Shown: piece after piece, positions 54,136-64,000 of the stretch
Layout of the letters: each line of letters opens with the position of its first letter
How positions within the stretch are numbered: the first letter of the stretch is position 1
Position numbers and translations under genes: made by a program
NCBI RefSeq assembly: GCF_006345805.1
Contig: NC_042997.1
Span: 179,614,001 to 179,678,000, forward strand
Origin: Octopus sinensis
Taxonomy: Eukaryota
Length of the DNA stretch: 64,000 bases
Direction of reading: 5' to 3'
The notes under the pieces: model-generated
Database searches by the model: none
What the model saw: only the letters and a program-made list of their open reading frames with translations
What the model was told of the DNA's origin: nothing

Positions 54136-54440
54136 GGCAGTGAGCTGGCAAAACTTTTACCACACCCAGTAGAATGCTCCGCGGCATTTCGTTCGATTTT
54201 ACTTTCTGAGTTCCTGTTCTGCCGAGGTCGACTTTGCGTTTCATCCTCTCAAGATCAATAAAATAAACAATAGTTGATCACCGGGATCAATGACATCGTC
54301 TTCCTTGTCCTTGAACGTTGCTGACATTGTAATGAAATGAGAAAGTATTACTAAGGCAGTAAACAGGCAGAATCTTTAGCAAAAAGCTTTGCGTCATTTC
54401 TTCTGATTCTCTATGTTCCGATTTCAAATTCTACTGCGAC
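53050..54440 (+). mobile_element. Array of four SINE-B2 units separated by (ATT)n, (TCT)n and (GTT)n tracts
   Basis: Heads at 53295, 53658, 54134 and 54353; spacers at 53050-53294, 53497-53657 and 53870-54133. Confidence 0.88.
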
Positions 54441-54519
54441 CGAATAGCACTTTTAGTCGTCCAGCACTTGACATTAAACTGCTGACCTTCTGCCAAAATC
54501 TGAAGTAGTCATTAAAAGC

Positions 54520-54565
54520 AATGAACCGTGAGAGTCGTTAGAACCCCGGACTCTCACGGTTCATT
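54520..54565. other. Perfect 17-bp hairpin with a 12-nt loop
   Basis: aatgaaccgtgagagtc (54520-54536) pairs with gactctcacggttcatt (54549-54565). Confidence 0.9.
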
Positions 54566-55279
54566 TTAGTGCACTCGTCATTTCTTCGGTTTTTGAGTGA
54601 AGACGAAATCCACTTCCAAGTTAGGCTATAGAAAATTGTAGCAGAAAATAAGAATTGTACAGTCTTCACAGAGACACACAGACACACAGACACACACACA
54701 CAGACACACACACACACAAGCACGCACGCATGCAAATATACGCACAAGCTCATGCTTTTGTTTTTATGTCCTCGTTTCTCATTTTGTCTACGTTTTTTTT
54801 ATGCCCTGTACGCATATATGCATGAATATATACATATATATGTAGGTTTGTACATATATGTATGTATATATGCATATATTTATATATTGTTTATATCATT
54901 ATATGATCGAACGCCACGCATCCATTTCCACGTAAGTTTTATCTTAATAATTACGATGTGCACTCATATTCTATCTCCCTCTCTTTTTCTTCTTCCTTTC
55001 CCTATTCTTCTCCTCCTCTATTCACAGTTCCCTCTCTCTCTCTCTCACACACACTTCCTCCTTCACTCTCTGGTTGCTCACACGTGACCAACGGCTATCC
55101 ATCTTTTTTCTTCCACTTCCTTCCTAAAAGATAGGATGTGCTTTTACTTGTCTCTCCTCAAAGATCCTTTTTCCAGCGTTCACCACGTCAATCGTCATAT
55201 ATATATATATATATATGCATACATATATGTGTACGTATGTTTGTATGTGTTTATGTATATGTGTGTGCCTGTGAACCTG

Positions 55280-55292
55280 TGTGTATGTGTGT

Positions 55293-55361
<69 letters not shown>
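55280..55361. repeat. (TG)n microsatellite
   Basis: Seen directly. Confidence 0.95.
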
Positions 55362-55363
<2 letters not shown>

Positions 55364-55866
55364 CATTCATGTATGCGAGAGTAGCGAAACAGAAATCGCG
55401 CGTGTTATGTACAATGACTGAGTATTATATTAACAGTAACATCCAAGAAAAATCTTCCAAGTGCAGCATAAATTTCATTAATGTCTCTACATATAGAAAC
55501 GGTATATGCAGTTCAGAATTTTTGAATTCAAGATTTTATTTAATATCTGAAAATTCTATTTCCCTTTCAATCGCACGCTAAAATACGATTTAACCGAGAA
55601 ATGTTGCACGCGTGTTAATCATTAATTTAATCATAATTTTCCACTTTTAATTGGTGTTTTAGAATCCCGTACTGGAATAAAAATAACAAAATATATAAAT
55701 TTAGGCACAATTACTGTTTAGTGAAATTTCCTGAGATTTCTCAACGTAATTTTCATAATAATACATGTTAACCTTAAAGTTTGACAGAGAAATGTTTTCG
55801 GAGATGAAGACGGTGGAGGTGGATATTGATCCAAAACTGTAGATGCTTTTCTTTTTTCATGTTCTT

Positions 55867-56145
55867 CTTTTCTTTTACTTGTTTCAGTCATTAGACTACA
55901 ACCATGCTGGGACACCACCTTGAAGAATGAATCGACTCCACTACATTTTTTAAAAACTTGTTATTTGTTCTATGGGTTTCTTTGGTCGAACCGCTTAAAA
56001 ACTGTGACATAAACATACTAAAACTGGTTGTCAAGCAGTTTTGGGGAACAATCACAGTAACATTCACACACACACACATACACACATACATATATATTCG
56101 ACAGACTTCTTTCAGTTTCTGTCTACCTATTGTACTCAAAAGGCC
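55867..56145 (-). mobile_element. SINE family A, partial
   Basis: Reverse complement of the family A core, microsatellite and tail. Confidence 0.75.
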
Positions 56146-57084
56146 ATGGATGCTGTAGCATGGAAATCTAAATTTTACTCACGGAGTCAGCAGTTGAGTA
56201 TCGCCAGAGGAGATACATATAGATATTCTAATACAGGTAAATCGTTACATAATTTAAAATCAACTTTAAATCCTGCATATACGAGGATCTGTACGTATCA
56301 AAATATTTGTAGCGATTAAAAAGCTACCTAACCGTACTTACTCTTTAATATATGGCACGACTGCTTTCCCTATCTAACCTGCATGTGATATTAACCACCA
56401 CTAAGCTATTTCATTACAACTGTCGTTGATTAGTATCATTGCAACCATCACAAAATAGTGGTTACAAAACGTTTTATTCTGTGCTGATATATTTTTCCCA
56501 ATCTTTATTTAACTGAAAGGCGTAGTATTCATATCGTGTGAGCAGCAGCATGGCGAGAGACATTCCCCACTATGTCCTATGGAAGAAGAGATTGAATGCT
56601 ATGGGTATGCAAAATAAGCAGTGTTAAAAATGTCATATTTCAAATCAAACAAGGAAAACATAATTCCATACGATGTAACACAGAAAAGAACATGGTATAA
56701 ATCTAGAACTTAATCCGAAGTTTTTGATAAAAAATACAAATCACAAAAGTAATTTTTCTTAAATCAATTACAATATGCACAAAACTATAACATACGATCT
56801 TCAACAACTCTAATTCATTGTAATATAGGCAAAGAGATAGATATTTGGAACAAAAGGGAACCGTCAGTTATATTGATACTAGTATTTGACTGGTTCATAA
56901 GCTTATATCCCTAAGAAGTAAGGAAGGCAAAGCTGAACTCAGAATAATTTGAACACAAAGTTCGAAACAGAGTACCGCAAAAACTTTTGTTCCATACTAA
57001 TGATTCCTGCAATCCACCTCCCTGATAAAACTACTACTGTTACGCACTTCTATTGCTGCTGCTGCTGCTGTTGCTGCTGCGAGC

Positions 57085-58200
57085 TTACCGAAATAGGATA
57101 TCGGAAAAGAATGCATAAAATTTGGGCAGAAAAGAATACATAAAATTTGGATAGAGAAAGACGTTTCTTATCACCGAAGAAAGACTTCTAGACCAACATA
57201 ATTTAATCGCTAAAAGGTAATGGGTATCCTAGTTGAAACTGGAAGGATCTCCACAATATTAAAATTGTGTGAACGTGACTGCACTGAACACGAAGAAAAA
57301 ACAGGACAGTTACAGGGTTTGGCAGAGGGACGAATAACTACCCTAAAAAAAAAAAGTAAACCGATGCTCAGATGATGGAGATTTGTATTTGTGAAGTTAT
57401 AAACAGTTACAGGGGTGAAAAGAGATTTACTGCTCCACCTGAATGAGGTGTGAAATAGTGAAAGAAAATAGCTATCAACTCTGAGATGAATAGAAACAGG
57501 GAGACTATATAAAATAGTGAAGAAGATGGACGAACTGTTCACGAAAATCTACATCGAAAACATAACAGATCTAAACGACCATATATACTACGCAACCTCT
57601 GTCGCTGTGCAATTTTGCAGTGCACAATCTAGGATTAAAAGTGAAACAGATACAAACGACAAGACATCATGAGGGAAACGAAGGCTTGAGAACCATATTA
57701 TACAGCTCAAGATAGATCTTGGACGACTGAATGCAATCATAGAAAAGAAGAGGGCAAAGAAAAGATACAGGAACAGACTGCAAAGAAAGTAAAACATAAG
57801 ACGAAAAAGACTGCAAATAATTAAAGAAAAACTAAAGCAAAGAATCAAAGAAGGGTCGGGTAAAAGAAAAAAAATAAGTACCATCGTAAAACAAATCAGT
57901 ATCAGCAGAATAGACTATTCAAAAGAAAGTTCGATAAACAACTGGACAATGAAGGCGAGAATGAAGAAAATGATGTGTCAGACGCTGACACAGGGAGGGA
58001 ATTCTGGACAGATATCTCGAGAATGAAATATAACGTAATATTATAGCAGGCTGCTAATTGGAATTTAAGAGAGAAGTGGAAACTGGAGTGACACAAGAAA
58101 ACATAACAGTCACGGAAAAGAAAGTAAAAGAGATAATTCTAAAAAAATTACGAAACTGAAAGGAAGAAAAAGGATGTAGGAAAAAATCAAGGGAATCTGC
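57085..58200 (+). mobile_element. R4/Dong-like LINE, decayed N-terminal (pre-RT) region
   Basis: GYRKRMHKIW, ITDLNDHIYYA, KRRLENHIIQLKIDLGRL, EKLKQRI, QQNRLFK, FWTDI, ITVTEKKV; multiple stops. Confidence 0.7.
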
Positions 58201-58969
58201 TGATCTGATATACATATATACATAGATATATACATACATACATACATACATATATATACATATATATGCGTGTGTGCGTGTGTGCGTGTGTGTGCCATTT
58301 TGCTCCTTCATCAACTTTAGATTTGAGGATTTGGGGTTTAAATTGCTATTGAATATATATTAATATATTAATATATCCTATATATATACACACACACACA
58401 TATATATATATAGGACAATCAGTAATTTGTCTTAATAGGACCCGGTGATTCAAATGCCCGAGCTAAAAGCTTCGAGGCATTTTCATCAGCTATTTGCACG
58501 ATAGACGGTATGAAAAAACCGTTCAGAAAAAGGGGACTTATTCTAATAGCCATGAAAAAAATTTAAAAGATATAAAAGATGTAAGACATAAAAAAAAGAA
58601 CTATAAAAATACTCGCAACTACGTTCTCACAATATATAGATACATTTTACGTTCGTAAAATCTACATACGTACACCATATATATATATATATATATATAG
58701 ACATACATAGTAGATCAGCTGTACTCCGTGACTTTTTCCTACATCCTAAAATGGAACTTTTCCCTTAATGCTATTGATCATTATTTTGTGACACAAAAAA
58801 TTACCCATTCAGGAGCCAAAAAAAAAAAAAAAAAAAGCCAAAGGTGGCCCGCGCTGTTAATTAAATAAAAGGAAAACATTTAAATAATCAGACGCCAAAA
58901 TTGTGAAAACAAGGTTTTTAACAGAATTACACGGCGTCGTCACACATGCGCCCGAATTATTCCGCAACG

Positions 58970-58991
58970 AATGATGATGGTGATGATGATG

Positions 58992-59042
<51 letters not shown>

Positions 59043-59142
59043 TAATAATAATAATAACAATAATAATAATGATAGTAGTAGTAATAATAATGATGATGAT
59101 GATGATAACAACAACAACAACAACAACAATAATAATAATAAT
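58970..59142. repeat. (GAT)/(AAT)/(AAC) compound microsatellite
   Basis: Seen directly. Confidence 0.95.
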
Positions 59143-59480
59143 AAATTCCCTGACGCAGTACCAAGCAGTGGCTCTCGTGGCTTCTGATCATAACTAATTG
59201 GTAGTGTTTTCATGTACATTGTTTTGTCTTGATATGAATGATGACCTACAACAAATATTCTGCTCAATACCACAGATTTATTTGTCAGTTGTTTGACTTT
59301 AATCAGTTGAGTATGTCACTTAGTGGCTGATGATATGTGCATCTCTGATCACGAGCAGAAGTAGTCGGGGAGCATCATAGCCATGTGTTGAGAGGAATTC
59401 TTCGGGGTTAGAATAATTCACTCGTGGAAAAATGGGGTTGTATTTTTCATCATTCTTAAACTACCCTTATTCAGGGACCT
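59143..59480. mobile_element. Repeat D, truncated copy
   Basis: Collinear with the first ~300 bp of 61675-62203. Confidence 0.8.
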
Positions 59481-59521
59481 CAGTCAATACTACTACTACT
59501 ACTACTACTATACTACTACTA

Positions 59522-59565
<44 letters not shown>

Positions 59566-59581
59566 ACTACTACTACTACTA

Positions 59582-59619
<38 letters not shown>

Positions 59620-59704
59620 TACTACTACTACTAATAATAATAATAATAATAATGATGATAATAATATTTTTAAAAGATTGACGTAACTCTTCACAAAGGT
59701 AAAC

Positions 59705-60349
59705 AGATGACGAGCGTGATTCGATTGTAATAAATATGTTATCGGCTGAACGCTATTTCGGCAGTAAGTCTGTCTTTGTCAAGTTCAAAATAGGAGGTGA
59801 TAAAAATACAAAAAATTATAGGAATATAAAATTAAAGTATGAACGAGAGCAACCAGCGTCCACACGTTGATAGAATGACATCAGTAAGTTTCAATTTTCA
59901 ATATGCACTTGAAAGTGCATTTTCTCAGAAACTATTCTAAGTCTGCTTCAATTTTCCTTCTCAGAATGCATGATGACAAAGTTGTTTGCAGGTTATTAAC
60001 ATCACGCCCTGGAGGAATGAATAAAATGACAGGACAATATCATCAAATTTCTACAAAATCGTTTGATTAAATACTATTCTCTTTCCTTTTCTTTTTTCTC
60101 TCCTCTCTTCTTTCTATCTTTTAATCTGTCTTTGTCTTCTCGCTTGTTATAAAATTGAGATTTAAAGGCTGATGATGTCATTCTATCAACGTGTGGACGC
60201 TGGTTGTTCTCGTTCATATTTTAAATTTAAATTACTATAATTTTGAATTTTTATCACCTCTTATTGTGAACTTGAAAAAGATAGACTTATTGTCGAAGTA
60301 TCGTTCAACCAATAAAAAATCTATTACAAAAGAATCGCGCTATTCATCT
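59705..60349. repeat. Foldback/MITE-like element with ~180-bp inverted arms
   Basis: Arms 59705-59883 and 60173-60349, roughly 75-80% identical by eye; the innermost 34 bp are identical. Confidence 0.9.
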
Positions 60350-60377
60350 TGACTAATAATAATAATAATAATAATAA

Positions 60378-61350
60378 CCCGTGCTAAATCTGCGGCCTTA
60401 GATATTCTGAATGATAAATGGCAAGAAAAACCTCTCTATGGCAAATACCCAAAGAGAGCAAATAATGCAGATGTTGACAAAGCCCTGACCCATCAATGGC
60501 TAATGGCCTCTGGCTTAAAATCTGAAACAGAGGGGTTTATCATAGCAGCTCAAGATCAATGCCTACCAACAAGAAACTACCAGGCCAACATATTAAAGAT
60601 CAGAAGCAGTCCAACGTGTCGGGTATGCAAGCAACAAAATGAAACCATTGACCATGTGGTCTCCAAGTGCAGTCTTCTAGCGCCTACAGAGTATCTCAAC
60701 AGGCACGATAGAGCTGCACAATATATTCACTGGTAATCTGTAAAAACCTGGATTTGCCCCATGAAAAAACTGGTGGGAACACAAACCACCCCCAGTGCTT
60801 GAAAATGACCACATCTCACTCCTCTGGAACTTCGCCATTCAAACTGACAGAAAGATAGATGCAAATAGGCCAGACATCATATTGAAAGACTTCAAACAAA
60901 GAACATGCCTCCTCATTGATATGAATGTCCCAATCGATATAAACGTATCTGTCAAGACCTACCAAAAACTGAGCAAATATAAAGATCTTGAAATAGAAAT
61001 CAGCAAAATGTGGAAGCTGAAGACTAAAACAATACCTGTTGTCATAGGTGCCCTGGGAATGATAGCAAAAGGGGCAGATAGCTACCTAACTCAGATACCA
61101 GGAAACCCCAAAATGGCAGAAATTCAAAAGATAGTGCTCATGGGAACTGCTCATATCCTACGCAAAATACTTTCTATGTAATCTCAAGGTTTAAAACAAA
61201 CATAATTTTCGGTTTAAAAAAAAAAAAAAAAAAAAACTTCTTTTTTTTAGACATTCATTAGTACAACTGTTGTCTCTTGAGGTCTCTGGGTGAGACTTGG
61301 AGCCAACTTGTACAAATATAAAGCAAATATAAAGCAAAAGTCAAACATAG
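60378..61350 (+). mobile_element. R4/Dong-clade LINE, 5'-truncated, flanked by (AAT)n
   Basis: CCHC finger CRVCKQQNETIDHVVSKC, restriction-like endonuclease motifs RPDII...LIDMNVP...KLSKYKDL, and IPVVIGALG. Two 1-bp deletions near 60735-60770 explain the ORF split. Confidence 0.92.
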
Positions 61351-61374
61351 AATAATAATAATAATAATAATAAT

Positions 61375-61587
61375 TTATTCTCCAATAGGAACGGAACCTG
61401 TACTTTTGTGGGGAGGAGGCATATCGATCACATCCATCCTAGTACATCACTGGTACTTGATTTATCGACTCCGAAAAGATGAAAGGCAAATTCGACCTCG
61501 GTGGAATTTGAACTCAGAACGTGAAGACGGACGAAATCTCGCTAGGCATTTTACTCGACGTGCTAACTATTCTGCCAGCTCACCGCC

Positions 61588-61589
<2 letters not shown>
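61375..61589 (-). mobile_element. SINE-B2 flanked by (AAT)n on both sides
   Basis: Reverse complement of the B head and core with a B2 tail. Confidence 0.85.
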
Positions 61590-61659
<70 letters not shown>

Positions 61660-61674
61660 GTAATAATAATAATA

Positions 61675-62203
61675 AATGTCCTGATGCGGTACCAGGCAGA
61701 GGCTTACGTGGCTTCTGATCTTAACTGATTGGAGGTGTTATCATGTACATTGTTTTGTCTTGGTATAAAAGATGCGCTACAGCAAATATTCTGCCCAATA
61801 TCACAGATTTGCTCGTCAGCTGTTTGACCTTAATCAGTTGAGCATGTCCCTTAGTGGCTGACAATATGTGCATCTCAGAGCACGAGCAGAAGTAGTGGCG
61901 GAGCATCTTTGGGGTTTTAATAATTCACCTCTGGAAACATGGGTGTTTCGTTCAACATCCTTAAGCAAACCTTATTCAGAGATCTTTTGAGCGGATGGGT
62001 TACTCGACCAGAAGAAAATTCTAACTGGGCCCCACCTGCAGGGTCATGTGCTTATCTTGTTATGAGATCACCATGTCGCGCACATATGGCTGTGATGCAT
62101 GCGCCGGGTGTACCCTTATCAGACGGGTAGTCACGATGGGTATATTGGGCTTCGTATATTTTACCTCAGTGTCACTTTGATGGCATGCACTGCTCTCTCA
62201 CAC
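61675..62203. mobile_element. Repeat D, ~530 bp, flanked by (AAT)n on both sides
   Basis: Second copy at 59143-59480; no ORF, no terminal inverted repeats and no tRNA-like head found. Confidence 0.75.
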
Positions 62204-62252
<49 letters not shown>

Positions 62253-62291
62253 TAATAATAATAACAATAACAATATAAATAATAATAATAG

Positions 62292-62343
<52 letters not shown>

Positions 62344-62391
62344 AATGATGATGATAATAATAATAATGATAATAATAATAGTTACCTATTT

Positions 62392-62590
62392 CTATTTCTT
62401 TACTGCCCACAAGGGGCTAAACACAGAGAGGACAAACAAGGACAGACAAACGGATTATGTTGATTACATCGACCCCCAATGCATAACTGGTACTTAATTT
62501 ATCGACCCCGAAAGGATGAAAGGCAAAGTCGACCTCGGCGGAATTTGAACTCAGAACGTAACGGCTTCTGAGTTCAAATTCCGCCGAGGT
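62392..62590 (-). mobile_element. SINE-B1, 5'-truncated, ending in a fold-back
   Basis: Reverse complement of the B1 tail and core; 25-bp perfect inverted repeat at 62532-62556 and 62566-62590. Confidence 0.9.
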
Positions 62591-63330
62591 ACATCAACGG
62601 TAACTGAAAAAAAAAAGGTTTACAACACGTGTAGAGATGTTAAATATATAGACTTATAACAACAAAATACAACGCCTGCATATCTGTGCACGTGTATAAG
62701 TATATTTGCGTTTTGGCCTGAAAGGAACAAAAATAACTCAACGTCGTTGTAAGTTATACTTAAATCGTATAATCCATTTCAAGCGCAATGCATCCACAAA
62801 AAGTAGCTTTAAATACGTTTATAATAACAAAGGCTCCATCTACAGTATCAGGTCACACATTTTAAATTGAAAAGCTAACAATAATTGTTACACTTCGCAG
62901 AACACGAGAAGATTTTTTTGGAACACAAAGAGATAAATACTTATATTGCTCTATTCCTGACCGAAAATATCCATCGAAATAAGTGACTCGGAACAAATAG
63001 ACAAACTATGAATGCTATGAAATGATTTGAGAATTTATTCTGTGTAAGCGTAACCAGCAACTAACGAGGCAAGGATGGAGCCAGAGCTAAGCGAGCCAGA
63101 ATGTACAAGAGATAGGAGCCGAATCTTTCTCGAATCCACCCCTACTGTCTTACAAAGGGAATACGTCACGCGTAATAATAGCTAGGATTCCGATGTTACA
63201 TACATATAAAATTATAGCGCGTAAATATATAACTATATACATATGTATACTTATACATACATACATGCATATATATACATACATACATATACATACATAT
63301 ATATACATATATTATATATATGTTTATATA

Positions 63331-63376
<46 letters not shown>

Positions 63377-63396
63377 TATATAAACATATATATATA

Positions 63397-63693
63397 TCTT
63401 TATATATAAAAGTCAAGTTGTGTGTCTGTCTCCTACGATTTAGATTCCTAACTACTCCCACATTTTTCGGTGCAGTTTAACCAAAACCGGGTATCTTATA
63501 GTCGTGATTCATATAGAGCCCTTCTGTGTATTAGCGCGCGTCTACGATGAGTCTACGATTTTAAAAATAATTTACCATCATTTTTTTCCATTTTAATGCA
63601 TTTTTTTTTGCTATTTTTTGGCTATAACTCTCTAAAAATGCTTATATAGTTATTTCCCTTACAAACCCGAGCAACGCCGGGCGATACTGCTAG
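63397..63693 (+). mobile_element. Non-autonomous Helitron (297 bp) inserted in (TA)n
   Basis: A|TC 5' end (TCTTTATATATAAAAG), a subterminal hairpin cccgagcaacgccggg (63666-63681) and a CTAG 3' end (63690-63693). Confidence 0.85.
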
Positions 63694-63700
63694 CATATAT

Positions 63701-63745
<45 letters not shown>

Positions 63746-63774
63746 ATATATATATTAACACATATATATACAAC

Positions 63775-63924
63775 TTCCGGCGAGGTCGACTTTGCCTTTC
63801 ATCGTTTCGGGGTCGATAAAGAAAGTACCAGTTACGCACTGGAGTCGATGTAATCGACTTAATCCGTTTGTCTGTCCTTGTTTCTCCCCTCTATGTTTAG
63901 CCCCTTGTGGGTAATAAAGAAACA
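63775..63924 (+). mobile_element. SINE-B1, 5'-truncated
   Basis: Core and B1 tail intact. Confidence 0.88.
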
Positions 63925-64000
63925 GATATGTTAACACACACACACAAACCTCGCCAAGAAAAATATTTAAACCACCTGATGAATGACTGCGACTCAAAAA

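Noticed and set aside
53050-54440. Repeat-spacer periodicity reminiscent of a CRISPR array
   Set aside because: The units are ~200-bp SINEs separated by microsatellites in a eukaryotic context, and there are no cas genes.
57085-61350. Treating the two R4/Dong fragments as one interrupted element
   Set aside because: The 5' fragment is heavily decayed while the 3' fragment is nearly intact with its own (AAT)n flank, and no RT lies between them; independent insertions are more likely.
61675-61740. Faint resemblance of the repeat D end to U2 snRNA segments
   Set aside because: The matches are short, gapped and on inconsistent strands.

Overview
Eukaryotic, AT-rich, microsatellite-dense DNA with no confidently identifiable host protein-coding exon, rRNA, true tRNA or CRISPR array. 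It reads as intergenic or deep intronic sequence. The interspersed repeats resemble cephalopod (Octopus) SINEs; this assignment is from recall, not from a database search. The window is mostly transposable-element debris: at least three tRNA-like SINE families (called A, B and C here) and an unclassified ~530-bp repeat (D); LINE relics (Tx1/L1, R4/Dong, RTE); Penelope-like relics including a hammerhead-like pLTR; a decayed autonomous Helitron and a small non-autonomous Helitron; two hAT (Buster/Charlie-type) transposase relics; maT (DD37D), Tc1 (DD34E spacing) and mariner relics; and several inverted-repeat elements. The most notable observations are: (1) the 3' tail of SINE-B1 matches the 3' terminus of the Tx1-like LINE in the same window (33/41 ungapped), suggesting a SINE-LINE partnership with tail swapping between B1 and B2; (2) (AAT/ATT)n microsatellites act as landing pads for Dong, SINE-B2 and repeat D; (3) a ~645-bp foldback whose loop has intron-like ends; (4) two pre-miRNA-sized hairpins. 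All alignments and translations were done by eye. Element boundaries are approximate unless target-site duplications (TSDs) or arm coordinates are given.
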